From Nonomuraea sp. NPDC050663 (lineage in GTDB: Bacteria; Actinomycetota; Actinomycetes; Streptosporangiales; Streptosporangiaceae), in the NCBI RefSeq assembly GCF_044456985.1, contig NZ_JBITGL010000015.1, positions 71,269-135,268 of the forward strand: DNA of 64,000 nucleotides. Direction: 5' to 3'. The notes under the pieces were generated by a model. That model was not told the origin of the DNA, ran no database searches, and saw only the letters and a program-made list of their open reading frames with translations. The translations under genes were made by a program, and so were the position numbers. How positions within the stretch are numbered: the first letter of the stretch is position 1; the number at the start of each line of letters is the position of its first letter. This document shows, piece by piece, positions 36,785-45,868 of the stretch.

Positions 36785-37278
36785 ACACCAAGGTCTCCGC
36801 GCAGCCCGGGGCCGCGGTGAACGTCCGCGCCGTGGCGGCCACGACCGGTGCGGCCCTGGCGGGCCTGCTGCTCCTGGCCGCCATCACCGCCACCACGGGT
36901 CTGGAGCTGTTCGCGCTGCCCTTCGCCGCCAGCGCGGCGATCGTGGCGGTGGCTCCCCAGGCCCCCTTCGCCCAGCCGAGGAGCATCCTCGTCGGGCAGC
37001 TGAGCGCCACCGCGCTGGCCCTGGTGATCACCGCGGTCATGGGTCCGTCGGTCTGGGCCGCGGCCGTGGCGGCGGGCCTGTCGATCGCCCCGATGATGCT
37101 GGCCAGGGCGCCGCACCCGCCGGCGGCGGCCACCGCGGCGCTGATCGGCCTGACCGATCCAGACCCGCTCTTCATCCTCAACCCGGTGCTCCCGGCGAGC
37201 GTGGTCGTGATCGCGGGCGGGGTGGTGCTCGGCAAGGTGATGCGCGGTGCCCACCGCTACCCGGCCTCCTGGCGCTGA
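36781..37278 (+). CDS. HPP-family membrane protein
   Basis: Four TM segments with an A/G-rich HPP pattern (PFAASAAIVAVAPQAPFAQPRSILVGQL). ATGA overlap with the hydrolase stop. Confidence 0.6.
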   Translation: MNTKVSAQPGAAVNVRAVAATTGAALAGLLLLAAITATTGLELFALPFAASAAIVAVAPQAPFAQPRSILVGQLSATALALVITAVMGPSVWAAAVAAGLSIAPMMLARAPHPPAAATAALIGLTDPDPLFILNPVLPASVVVIAGGVVLGKVMRGAHRYPASWR

Positions 37279-37295
37279 GCGCCCCGCAACCCCGC

Positions 37296-38204
37296 CTACT
37301 GGCGCTGAGCCAGCACCCGCACGATGGCGAGCCCCTCCTCACCGGGAGTGGGCTCGCCGTCTTCGATGTCCCACAACGTGTTCTGAAGCACCCGGCCGAG
37401 GGTCCAGCCCGCGGCCCTGGCCCGGTCGAGCCCCACGAGCGAGGTCATCAGGTCGAACCGCTTGAGCGCCTCGTCCGGCCCCTCGTACCGATTGGTCAGA
37501 GCGGGCAACAACTCGAAGCCGGGATCGCCCGCCAGCGGCTTGGGATCGATCGCCAGCCACGGCTCGCGTGAGGCGGCGAGCACGTTGTCGAAGTGCAGGT
37601 CCCAGTGGAGCAGCCGGTCGCCCGGCTCGTCGATCAGCTCTCGTACGGCTCCCGCGCACCGGTCGAGCAGCCACCTGGTCTCGGGGTCGACCTGGCCGAT
37701 GACCCGGTCGGTCTCCTCCAGCATGGCGCCGGCGATGTCGGCCAGGCGGCGCAGCCCCTCGGGCGCCTGGTGGGCGACGAGCCGGGCGAGCAGGGTGCTC
37801 AGGATCTCGAGCGCCTCGTAGACGTCGGGGTGGTGCTCCAGGGACCGGTCGCCTTCGAGGGCTTCGAGCAGCAGCGCGTTGGCCTCGAAGCGCGCGCCCG
37901 ACGGCACGGTCGCGGTCTTGAGCAGACGCACGATCCCGTCGCCGTCCCAGGCGCTGAGGCCGGGGGCCTCGGTGACGCCCTCGTCGGTGGCCGGCTGCAG
38001 CTTGAGCATGGCCCGCGTGCCGTCGGCCTGGAGGACCGGGACGACCAGGGAGACCACGCCGTGCATGGGCTCGCCGTCGAGGCGCAGGTCCCACGCGGAG
38101 ACGAACTCGGTGACGAGCCGTGGCAGCGCGGCGGTCCAGTCGGGCCCGGACTCGTGGGCGTACTTGAGGTGGTACTCCGCGAGCCGGGGCGGGACGACGA
38201 TCAT
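37296..38204 (-). CDS. Aminoglycoside phosphotransferase (APH) family kinase
   Basis: Brenner motif LLHWDLHFDNVL and DFG-like IDPKP. Start set at ATG 38204-38202, overlapping the menB stop (TGATG). The ORF-track start at 38414 would overlap menB by 210 nt. Confidence 0.75.
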   Translation of the reverse strand: MIVVPPRLAEYHLKYAHESGPDWTAALPRLVTEFVSAWDLRLDGEPMHGVVSLVVPVLQADGTRAMLKLQPATDEGVTEAPGLSAWDGDGIVRLLKTATVPSGARFEANALLLEALEGDRSLEHHPDVYEALEILSTLLARLVAHQAPEGLRRLADIAGAMLEETDRVIGQVDPETRWLLDRCAGAVRELIDEPGDRLLHWDLHFDNVLAASREPWLAIDPKPLAGDPGFELLPALTNRYEGPDEALKRFDLMTSLVGLDRARAAGWTLGRVLQNTLWDIEDGEPTPGEEGLAIVRVLAQRQ

Positions 38205-39082
38205 CAGAAGTGCCAGGGGTAGGGCGACCAGTCGGGCTCGCGCTTCTGCAGGAAGGAGTCGCGTCCCTCGGCCGCCTCGTCGGTCATGTAGGCCAGGCGG
38301 GTCGCCTCGCCGGCGAACACCTGCTGTCCGACGAGCCCGTCGTCGATGAGGTTGAAGGCGAACTTCAGCATGCGCTGGGCGGTGGGCGACTTGGCGTTGA
38401 TCTTGCCTGCCCATTCCAGCGCGACCTTCTCCAGGTCGGCGTGGTCGACCACGGCGTTGACCATGCCCATGCGGTGGGCGTCGTCCGCGGAGTAGGTGTC
38501 GCCGAGGAAGAAGATCTCGCGGGCGAACTTCTGCCCGACCTGGCGGGCGAGGTAGGCCGAGCCGAAGCCGCCGTCGAAGGAGGCCACGTCGGCGTCGGTC
38601 TGCTTGAACTGCGCGTGCTCGCGCGAGGCCAGCGTCAGGTCGGCGACGACGTGCAGCGAGTGGCCGCCGCCCGCCGCCCAGCCCGGCACCACGCAGATGA
38701 CGACCTTGCCCATGAACCGGATGAGCCGCTGCACCTCGAGGATGTGCAGGCGGCCGGTGGAGGCGGAGCCGTCGGCGTACTGGTAGCCGTCCTTGCCGCG
38801 GATGCGCTGGTCGCCGCCGGAGCAGAAGGCCCAGCCTCCGTCCTTCGGCGAGGGACCGTTGCCGGTCAGCAGCACGACGCCGACGTCGGTCTGCTGGCGC
38901 GCGTGGTCGAAGGCGCGATACAGCTCGTCGACGGTCTGGGGGCGGAAGGCGTTGCGCACCTCGGGCCGGTTGAAGGCGATGCGCACGGTCCCCTGGTCGA
39001 CCGCCCGGTGGTAGGTGATGTCGGTGAAATCGAAGCCCTCGACGTCGGTCCAGGCCTTGGGGTCGAACAGCTCGGAAACCAT
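38204..39082 (-). CDS. menB: 1,4-dihydroxy-2-naphthoyl-CoA synthase
   Basis: Crotonase fold with MenB-specific features: N-terminal MVSELFDPKAW, GGWAFCSGGDQ, the inserted loop GYQYADGSASTGRLHILEV, and C-terminal ...FLQKREPDWSPYPWHF. Start at MVSELF. Confidence 0.85.
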   Translation of the reverse strand: MVSELFDPKAWTDVEGFDFTDITYHRAVDQGTVRIAFNRPEVRNAFRPQTVDELYRAFDHARQQTDVGVVLLTGNGPSPKDGGWAFCSGGDQRIRGKDGYQYADGSASTGRLHILEVQRLIRFMGKVVICVVPGWAAGGGHSLHVVADLTLASREHAQFKQTDADVASFDGGFGSAYLARQVGQKFAREIFFLGDTYSADDAHRMGMVNAVVDHADLEKVALEWAGKINAKSPTAQRMLKFAFNLIDDGLVGQQVFAGEATRLAYMTDEAAEGRDSFLQKREPDWSPYPWHF

Positions 39083-39092
39083 GCGGAAGAGC

Positions 39093-39605
39093 CTAACGGA
39101 TCTGCTCCTCGGCCCACTGGGCCCACTCCACCTGGGTTCTGTGCAGGCGAAGGCCGTACTCAAGCGCGAGCCTGCCGTAGACCGACAGGTTCTCCGTGCC
39201 CGACTCGACGAACTCCTGGATGCCCTCCAGCTCCTCGAGCCCCTTGGCCGCGACCTCGCCCAGGTGGCGCAGGTAGGAGCGGGCCGCCGGGCCGGTGATC
39301 TGGCCGAGGAAGAACACCCGCAGCAGCATGTCGCTGCGATGCACCTGCTGGGGCGGCACCTCGGTCATCCAGTGGCGCAGCTCCGCGAGTCCCGACTCGG
39401 TGATGCCGTACTCCTTGCGCCCGCGCGCGCCCTCGGCGACGACTTCGATCAGCCCGGAGCCGGCGAGCTTGTTCAGCTCGGTGTAGAGCTGGCTCTGCGT
39501 GGCCGGCCACACGTTGGCGAGGGAGATCTCGAAGCTCTTGAGGAGGTCGTAGCCGCTCGCGGGGCCTTCTGCCAGCAGCCCGAGCAGTCCGTGTCGGAGA
39601 CTCAT
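39093..39605 (-). CDS. PadR-family transcriptional regulator
   Basis: MSLRHGLLGLLAEGPASGYDLLKSF...SQLYTELNKLAGSGLIE wHTH. Start is the ATG giving MSLRHG. The long ORF-track extension to 40928 is an artefact. Confidence 0.85.
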   Translation of the reverse strand: MSLRHGLLGLLAEGPASGYDLLKSFEISLANVWPATQSQLYTELNKLAGSGLIEVVAEGARGRKEYGITESGLAELRHWMTEVPPQQVHRSDMLLRVFFLGQITGPAARSYLRHLGEVAAKGLEELEGIQEFVESGTENLSVYGRLALEYGLRLHRTQVEWAQWAEEQIR

Positions 39606-39610
39606 ATTCC

Positions 39611-39660
39611 TATATTGACACATCGTCGGAGGACGTTCTAGTTTTGACATGTCTACATAG
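39611..39660. promoter_or_regulatory. Divergent PadR/dioxygenase promoter region with repeated TTGACA(C/T)(A/G)T boxes and an 8-bp palindrome GACATGTC
   Basis: Read directly: tatattgacacatcg ... ttttgacatgtcta, in a locally low-GC stretch. Candidate PadR operator. Confidence 0.4.
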
Positions 39661-39665
39661 GAAGG

Positions 39666-40949
39666 TTGGTTCGTGTCGTGAACGCATACCTGGAAGGCCA
39701 CCTCGCTCCCGTCCCCGACGAGATCAGCGCCGTCGACCTGACCGTCGAGGGCACGCTCCCCGAAGAGCTCTCGGGCCGCTACTTCCGCAACGGCCCCAAC
39801 CCCCGGCCCGGTGAGGATCCGGGGCACTGGTTCACCGGCCACGGCATGATCCACGGCGTCCGCATCCGCGACGGCCGCGCCGAGTGGTACCGCAACCGCT
39901 GGGTCAGGACGAACCTGTTCACCGACGGCGCCGCCTTCCTCACCGACAAGGGCTTCGACCGGAGCGCCGTGCAGGCCAACACCCACGTCATCCACCACGC
40001 CGACAAGATCCTCGCCCTGGTCGAGGTCGGCCTGCCGTACGAGTTGGACCGCGAGCTGAACACGGTGGGCGCCTGCGACTTCGGCGGGCGCCTCACCACC
40101 AGCGGCATGACCGCCCACCCCAAGGAGCTCGACGGGGAGCTGCACTTCTTCGGGTACGGCTTCGGGCCGCCGTACCTGACCTACCACCGCCTTGACGCCA
40201 AGGGCGAGCTCGTGGAGAGCCGGGTCATCGACGTGCCGGGGCCGACGATGATGCACGACTTCGCGGTCACCGAGAACTACGTGATCTGGCTCGACCTGCC
40301 GGTCGTCTTCGACTTCGACAAAATCGGCAGGACCATGCCGTACAGCTGGAACGACTCCTACGGCGCGCGCCTGGGCGTCATGAAGCGCACCGGCGAGGTC
40401 ACCTGGTTCGACGTCGACCCCTGCTACGTCTTCCACGTGGGCAACGCCCGCGAGGACGCCTCGGGGCGCGTCGTGCTCGACGGCGTGCGCTACACGCCCG
40501 AGTCGTTCAACAGCACCTGGGAGCAGATCGGCGGCGAGCGCAACCCGGCCGCGCACCTGGTCGGCGCGTCGCTCCACCGCTGGACCCTCGACCTGGCGAC
40601 GGGCCGGGCCACCGAGCGGCAGCTCGACGACCGCGCCGTCGAGTTCCCGACCTTCAACGAGGACCGGCTGGGCCGCTCCAGCCGCTACCTGTACGCGGTC
40701 ACCGAGGGAGAGGTCGTGAAGTACGACATCGAATCGGGCGCCAGCCTGGCCGCGCCGGTCGGCGGGCACGCCGGAGAGGCCGTGTTCGTGCCCGCGTTCG
40801 ACGCGCGTGCCGAGGACGACGGCTGGCTGATGTCGATCGTCGACGACCGCCTGCTGGTGCAGGAGGCCGCGGGGTTGGAGACCGTCGCGACCGTACGGCT
40901 GCCGCGCAGGGTGCCGGCCGGTTTCCACGGCTCCTGGATCGCCGATTAA
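39666..40949 (+). CDS. Carotenoid cleavage oxygenase family (RPE65-like) dioxygenase
   Basis: Four conserved His (HxxxH pattern: ...FTGHGMIHG..., ...ANTHVIHH..., ...MMHDFA..., ...HGSWIAD) and FDGDG-like propeller motifs. Confidence 0.8.
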   Translation: MVRVVNAYLEGHLAPVPDEISAVDLTVEGTLPEELSGRYFRNGPNPRPGEDPGHWFTGHGMIHGVRIRDGRAEWYRNRWVRTNLFTDGAAFLTDKGFDRSAVQANTHVIHHADKILALVEVGLPYELDRELNTVGACDFGGRLTTSGMTAHPKELDGELHFFGYGFGPPYLTYHRLDAKGELVESRVIDVPGPTMMHDFAVTENYVIWLDLPVVFDFDKIGRTMPYSWNDSYGARLGVMKRTGEVTWFDVDPCYVFHVGNAREDASGRVVLDGVRYTPESFNSTWEQIGGERNPAAHLVGASLHRWTLDLATGRATERQLDDRAVEFPTFNEDRLGRSSRYLYAVTEGEVVKYDIESGASLAAPVGGHAGEAVFVPAFDARAEDDGWLMSIVDDRLLVQEAAGLETVATVRLPRRVPAGFHGSWIAD

Positions 40950-40952
40950 CGA

Positions 40953-41288
40953 TTAACTTCGGGCTTCCGCCCGCAACTCCGCCAACAGCTCTTCCTGGTC
41001 CACCAACATGTCGGTGAGTATCCGGCGCGCGTCCGTCAGGAGGTGGGCCACGTCTGGACTGGACAGGGCGTAGACGACGCTCCCGGCTTCACGGCTTGCG
41101 CTGACGATTCCCGCGCGGCGCAGGACGGCCAGTTGCTGGGAGAGGCTCGACGCCTCGATCTCGATCTCCGCCAGGAGATCCCGGACCGGCAGTGGCCCCT
41201 TCTGCAAGAGCTCCAGGACCTGAATCCGGGCTGGATGCCCGAGAGTCCTGAAGAAATCTGCCTTGGCCTGGTACAGCGGAACGGGCAT
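40953..41288 (-). CDS. ArsR/SmtB-family transcriptional regulator
   Basis: FFRTLGHPARIQVLELLQKGPLPVRDLLAEIEIEASSLSQQLAVLRRAGIV. Confidence 0.85.
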   Translation of the reverse strand: MPVPLYQAKADFFRTLGHPARIQVLELLQKGPLPVRDLLAEIEIEASSLSQQLAVLRRAGIVSASREAGSVVYALSSPDVAHLLTDARRILTDMLVDQEELLAELRAEARS

Positions 41289-41373
41289 GACGACAGTGTA
41301 ATATAGCGACTTGCATAATTCTTCAAGTCGTAACGGCGTTGGCTAGGATGACGGACGGGACGAGGGAGTAGCC

Positions 41374-41544
41374 ATGGGCCGAGGAAGAGCGAAGGCGAAG
41401 CAGACGAAGGTCGCTCGTGAGCTGAAGTATGCCCACCACGATCTCGACGTGGAGAGGCTGACCAAGGAGCTGGGAGGGTCTTCGTCGCGCGACGACATCC
41501 CCCCGGCCTCCTCGCACGAGCCGGAGTCCGAGCCCGCCCACTGA
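41374..41544 (+). CDS. DUF3073-family small protein (56 aa)
   Basis: MGRGRAKAKQTKVARELKYAHHDLDVERLTKEL is the highly conserved actinobacterial DUF3073 N-terminus. Absent from the ORF track because of its short length. Confidence 0.7.
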   Translation: MGRGRAKAKQTKVARELKYAHHDLDVERLTKELGGSSSRDDIPPASSHEPESEPAH

Positions 41545-41694
41545 CGACGGGGACAGCGGGGTCCGTACGACTCCGCTGGACGTCGGTAAAGCCGTAGGTC
41601 TGGGCCAGTTCCGCCACCCTGGCGGTCACTGGCCACCTGCGGGTCCTCCAGCGGGGGAGTCATGGCCGCGGGCCATGCGGGTAGGGGCCTGCCC

Positions 41695-43461
41695 ATGTCT
41701 GGTATCGCCGCGGAAGTACTGATCGAACGGCTCGCCGCATGGGGAGTCGACACCGTCTTCGGCCTGCCCGGCGACGGCATCAACGGCATCATGGAAGGCC
41801 TGCGCAGGCATGCCGACAAGGTGCGCTTCGTGCTGGTCCACCACGAGGAGGCGGCCGCCTTCATGGCCGCGGGCCACGCCAAGGCGACCGGCACGATCGG
41901 CGTCTGCCTGGCCACGTCGGGGCCCGGCGGCATCCACCTGCTCAACGGCCTCTACGACGCCAAGCTCGACCACGTCCCCGTGCTCGCCATCACCGGCATG
42001 CAGGAGACCGCCGTGCTGGGCACCGCCTACCAGCAGGAGGTGCGCCTCGACCGGCTCTTCGACGACGTGGCCGAGTACAACCAGGTCGTCACGAACCCGG
42101 TGCAGCTGCCCTCGCTGGTCGACATCGCCATCCGCACGGCCCTGGCCAGGCGCGGGGTGGCCCACCTGACGATCCCCAACGACGTGCAGGTGGCCGACGC
42201 CGACGCCGATCCCTGGCAGCACGTGGCTCCCGCGCGCCCGCCGCAGACCGCGCCGGTCTACCTGCCGGCGCCCGGCCTGCCGCGCCAGGAGGACCTGGTG
42301 CGGGCGGCCGAGGTGCTCAACGCCGCCGAGCGGCCCGCCCTGCTCGTGGGCGCCGGTGCGCTGCACGCGCGCGAGGAGGTCCTGGCCGTCGCGGAGCGGC
42401 TCAAGGCGCCGGTGATCAAGACGTTGCCCGGCAAGGCCGTGGTCCCCGACGACTCGCCGTACACCACCGGTGGGCTCGGGCTCCTGGGCACCCGGCCGAG
42501 CGAGGAGCTCGTCGACGAGGTCGACGTGCTGTTCATGATCGGCACGAACTTCCCCTACACCAAGCACCTGCCGGAGCCGGGCAAGACGAGGTTCGTGCAG
42601 CTGGAGGCCGATCCGGCGCGGGCGGGGACCCGGGTGCCGACCGACGTGCCCGTGGTGGGCGACGCCCGTGAAGGGCTGCGGGCGCTGCTGCCGCTGCTCG
42701 ACGAGCGGTCCGACGAGTCGTTCCTGCGGAAGTACCGTGAGAAGAGCGACAAGTGGCGTGGCGAGATGCTCGCCCTGGCCGGGGCCGACCGCGACCCGAT
42801 CGCACCCCAGTACGCGGTCTCGGTCCTCGACGATCTGGCCGCCGACGACGCGATCCTGACCTGCGACAGCGGCACGGTCGCCACCTGGGCGGCCAGGCAC
42901 TGGACCATCCGCGACGGGCGCGAGTTCTACCTGTCGGGCAACCTGGCCTCGATGGCGCCCGGCCTGCCGTACGGCATCGCCATGCAGCTGGCCTTCCCGG
43001 GGCGGCAGGTCATCGCCTACGTGGGCGACGGCGGGTTCGCGATGCTGATGGCGGAGTTCCTCACCGCCGTGCGTCACCACCTGCCGGTCAAGGTCGTGGT
43101 GAACAACAACAACTCGCTCGGCATGATCCTGTGGGAGCAGATGGTGCTGGGTTATCCCGAGCACGGGGTGCGCTTCGCCGAGCCGTACGCCGACTTCGCC
43201 GCCTGGGCGACGGCCTGCGGAGGGTTCGGGGCCAAGGTCACCAAGTCGGGCGACCTGCGACCGGCCGTGGAGCGGGCGCTCGCCTTCGACGGGCCTGCGC
43301 TGGTGGACGTCGAGGTGGACCCGCACGAACCTCCGATGCCGGGCAAGGTCGAATACGACCAGGCCAAGAAGTTCGCGCAGGCCTTCCTCAAAGGACAGCC
43401 GCACCGGGCGGCGATCGCCACGACCCTGTTCAAGGACAGGATCAGGAAATTTCAGGACTGA
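41695..43461 (+). CDS. Thiamine-pyrophosphate-dependent pyruvate oxidase / pyruvate dehydrogenase (quinone) family
   Basis: N-terminal GLPGDGINGIMEGL, TPP-binding GDGGFAMLMAEFLTAVRHHLPVKVVVNNNNSLGMI and a central FAD-binding-like domain. Confidence 0.8.
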   Translation: MSGIAAEVLIERLAAWGVDTVFGLPGDGINGIMEGLRRHADKVRFVLVHHEEAAAFMAAGHAKATGTIGVCLATSGPGGIHLLNGLYDAKLDHVPVLAITGMQETAVLGTAYQQEVRLDRLFDDVAEYNQVVTNPVQLPSLVDIAIRTALARRGVAHLTIPNDVQVADADADPWQHVAPARPPQTAPVYLPAPGLPRQEDLVRAAEVLNAAERPALLVGAGALHAREEVLAVAERLKAPVIKTLPGKAVVPDDSPYTTGGLGLLGTRPSEELVDEVDVLFMIGTNFPYTKHLPEPGKTRFVQLEADPARAGTRVPTDVPVVGDAREGLRALLPLLDERSDESFLRKYREKSDKWRGEMLALAGADRDPIAPQYAVSVLDDLAADDAILTCDSGTVATWAARHWTIRDGREFYLSGNLASMAPGLPYGIAMQLAFPGRQVIAYVGDGGFAMLMAEFLTAVRHHLPVKVVVNNNNSLGMILWEQMVLGYPEHGVRFAEPYADFAAWATACGGFGAKVTKSGDLRPAVERALAFDGPALVDVEVDPHEPPMPGKVEYDQAKKFAQAFLKGQPHRAAIATTLFKDRIRKFQD

Positions 43462-43958
43462 ACGTGGCTTCCCCGCGCGGCCTGGACCGCCTCGCGGAGC
43501 TGCTCCTCCTGCTCGTGGGAGAGCGAGGTCTGCATGATGTCGCCGCCGAACGGGGCGATCTGCGGGATGACCTTGTCCGGGGTGCTCCTGGCGATCAGCA
43601 GGAAGAGGGCCGCGGAACCCGGCTCCAGCCGGTCGGCGACCTCCTTCATGAACTTGTCGTCGACGCCGATGTCGGTCATCGCGCCGCCCGCCGCGCCGCC
43701 CGCCGCGCCCAGTGCCATGCCCAGCAGGGGCATCAGGAAGATGAGGCCGATGAGGCCGCCCCAGAGCGCGCCGCTGGCCGCTCCGAAGCCGACCGTGCTG
43801 GTCATCTGGTGGAGCTTGATCTTGCCGTCCTGCTTGCGCTCGACGACGGCGGCGTCCTCGAGCGTGATGAGCTGCTGCTTCTGCAGTTCGAGGAGTTTGT
43901 CGCGGACCGAGCTGGCGGTGGCGACGTCGGGGTAGGAAATGGCGATGAGATTGCTCAT
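43452..43958 (-). CDS. DUF1269-domain (glycine-zipper membrane) protein
   Basis: MSNLIAISYPDVATASSVRDKLLELQKQQLITLEDAAVV... plus a G/A-rich TM segment. Confidence 0.6.
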   Translation of the reverse strand: MSNLIAISYPDVATASSVRDKLLELQKQQLITLEDAAVVERKQDGKIKLHQMTSTVGFGAASGALWGGLIGLIFLMPLLGMALGAAGGAAGGAMTDIGVDDKFMKEVADRLEPGSAALFLLIARSTPDKVIPQIAPFGGDIMQTSLSHEQEEQLREAVQAARGSHVQS

Positions 43959-43994
43959 GTCCGGCCCTGTCCCCTCCTTCAGGTATCCGGAAAG

Positions 43995-44393
43995 TCAGTA
44001 TTCCCTCATGGCTTCGGCTTCCTTGCCGTGCACGATGAGGGCGTAGAGCACGAGTACGTCGACCGCGATGACGACCAGCGACCACCACGGGTTGACCATG
44101 ATCCAGGTGAGCTGCGTCAGCGCGTTGAGCATGACGAGGATGACCGCGATCAGCCTGGCCCAGCCCTTGCCGACGCTGACCGCGATGCCGGTGACCAGCA
44201 GCAGGACGCCGAGGATCAGGTGGACCCAGCCCCAGCCGGTCAGGTCGAAGAGCAGCAGGCCCTTCCTGGTGGTGACGTAGAGCTCGTCGTCGATGATCGC
44301 GTAGATGCCGGAAACCAGATTGAAGAGGCCGGCGAGGATGATCATCATGCCCGCGAACCAGATCCAACCAACCCAGCCGGTGACCTTTGCCAT
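43995..44393 (-). CDS. Hypothetical small membrane protein (4 TM)
   Basis: Hydrophobic helices only, with W-rich loops. Confidence 0.5.
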   Translation of the reverse strand: MAKVTGWVGWIWFAGMMIILAGLFNLVSGIYAIIDDELYVTTRKGLLLFDLTGWGWVHLILGVLLLVTGIAVSVGKGWARLIAVILVMLNALTQLTWIMVNPWWSLVVIAVDVLVLYALIVHGKEAEAMREY

Positions 44394-44433
44394 GCCCCGG
44401 AGTTACCCCCGGCAGGTTCAAGATGATCTCAGC

Positions 44434-45492
44434 TCAGTCTGAAGACTTCCCCGACACCAGGGGTGTCGCCCACCTGGTGGCCGGGTCGGAGTCCAGCAGG
44501 ATCGCCCTGACGAACGCGCTCAGCGGCACCGCCAGGATCGCGCCTAGCGCCCCCAGCGCCCACGTCCACACCAGCAGCGACAGGATCGTGATCGTGACGG
44601 ACAGCCCGGCGGACTCGCCCACGAACTTCGGCTGGATAACCGACTGGATGACGAAGTTCAGCACGCAGTAGATGACGATCACCCAGACCATCGTGGCGAA
44701 GCCCGAGTCCAGCAGGGCCAGCAGCGCGGGCGGCACCAGGCCGATGATGAAGCCGACGTTCGGGATGTAGTTGGTGATGAAGGCCAGCAGCCCCCACAGG
44801 AGCGGCAGCGGCACGCCCAGGATCCACAACGCCCACGTGTCGAACACCGCGACGATGAGCCCGAAGAGCGTGGAGACCAGCAGGTACTTGCAGGTCTGCT
44901 GGGCGAAGGTGGTCAGCGCCTCGACGACCTGGCTGCGGGAGGCGACCAGGCCGCGCAGCTGCTCGGCCAGCGCGGGGGCGTCCATGCACATGCCGTACAG
45001 CAGCAGGACGATGACCACCACGGCCGAGGCGGTGCCCAGCAGGCCGGAGAGGAACTCGCCCGCGGCCCGCACCAGCTGGCCGGGGTCGATGCTGCTGAAC
45101 AGCTGGGTGGCCTGCGTGGAGGTGATGCCCACCTTCTCCAGGTATCCCTGCACCTCGGCGACGAGCTGCTGGAACTGGGCGGCGTACTGCGGGATCAGGG
45201 CGGAGAACCGGACGACCGACACGACGACCGCCGCGCCCAGGGCGCCCAGCACCAGCAGGACGACCAGCAGGGGCACCAGGATCACCACCCAGGCCGGCGC
45301 GCCCCGGTCGGCCAGGCGCTTCCTGAGGGGGCCGACCGCGATGACCAGGGTCAGGGACAGGAAGGCGGGACCGACGATGTCGCTCAGCGCCTGGACTCCT
45401 GCCAGCACGATCAGCGCGGCTGCGAGCCCGACCAGGATGCGAAGGCCGCGGGAGAGCATGGCGGCCACGGTATCCAGGGGAGTGTGTGACAA
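44434..45492 (-). CDS. AI-2E family transporter (PerM/YdiK-like)
   Basis: Eight-TM pattern with the conserved ...LFGLIVAVFDTWALWILGVPLPLLWGLLAFITNYIPNVG region. Confidence 0.8.
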   Translation of the reverse strand: MSHTPLDTVAAMLSRGLRILVGLAAALIVLAGVQALSDIVGPAFLSLTLVIAVGPLRKRLADRGAPAWVVILVPLLVVLLVLGALGAAVVVSVVRFSALIPQYAAQFQQLVAEVQGYLEKVGITSTQATQLFSSIDPGQLVRAAGEFLSGLLGTASAVVVIVLLLYGMCMDAPALAEQLRGLVASRSQVVEALTTFAQQTCKYLLVSTLFGLIVAVFDTWALWILGVPLPLLWGLLAFITNYIPNVGFIIGLVPPALLALLDSGFATMVWVIVIYCVLNFVIQSVIQPKFVGESAGLSVTITILSLLVWTWALGALGAILAVPLSAFVRAILLDSDPATRWATPLVSGKSSD

Positions 45493-45543
45493 ACGGTCAA
45501 AGACGCATAAACTACGCGCAACCTTTGGTCAAGAGGAGGCGCC

Positions 45544-45717
45544 ATGCACAAGGTCGTCCACGTCCGCCCGGTCGACGACATGATCGGCCATGAGGAGTCG
45601 GCCTTCTGCGTGTGCGGCCCCGTGGGGAAGCAGGCTCCGTCCGATCTCGGGCTGATCTTCCAGCATCACGCGCTGCTTCCCTGCCACGAGTGGGAGGCCT
45701 CTGGCCAGGCGGAGTGA
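45544..45717 (+). CDS. Small hypothetical Cys/His-rich protein (57 aa), speculative
   Basis: ATG-initiated ORF MHKVVHVRPVDDMIGHEESAFCVCGPVGKQ...LPCHEWEASGQAE in the gap between two regulator/transporter genes. No family recognised. Confidence 0.25.
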   Translation: MHKVVHVRPVDDMIGHEESAFCVCGPVGKQAPSDLGLIFQHHALLPCHEWEASGQAE

Positions 45718-45868
45718 GGTCGAGCGGCTGCCACTCGCCCACGGCTCGCGCCGGTCGAGCGTGCGTGGCGCGTGCCGTACCGACCATCGGGTAGCCGTGC
45801 ATCCATGCCGGGGTAACTGCCCGCTGCTTGACGGGGTCTGCGGCGGCCCTATATAAAACTCACTGGTT

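Noticed and set aside
37296-38414. Longer (372-aa) version of the APH gene
   Set aside because: It would overlap menB by 210 nt. The internal ATG at 38204 overlaps the menB stop (TGATG) and gives a normal ~300-aa APH.
39093-40928. 611-aa minus-strand ORF
   Set aside because: Only the last 170 codons (PadR) are real. The upstream part is antisense to the carotenoid cleavage oxygenase gene.
41626-44421. 931-aa minus-strand ORF and the 557-aa ORF at 42753-44426
   Set aside because: Both lie antisense or out of frame to the PoxB-like, DUF1269 and membrane-protein genes, with R/G/P-rich composition.
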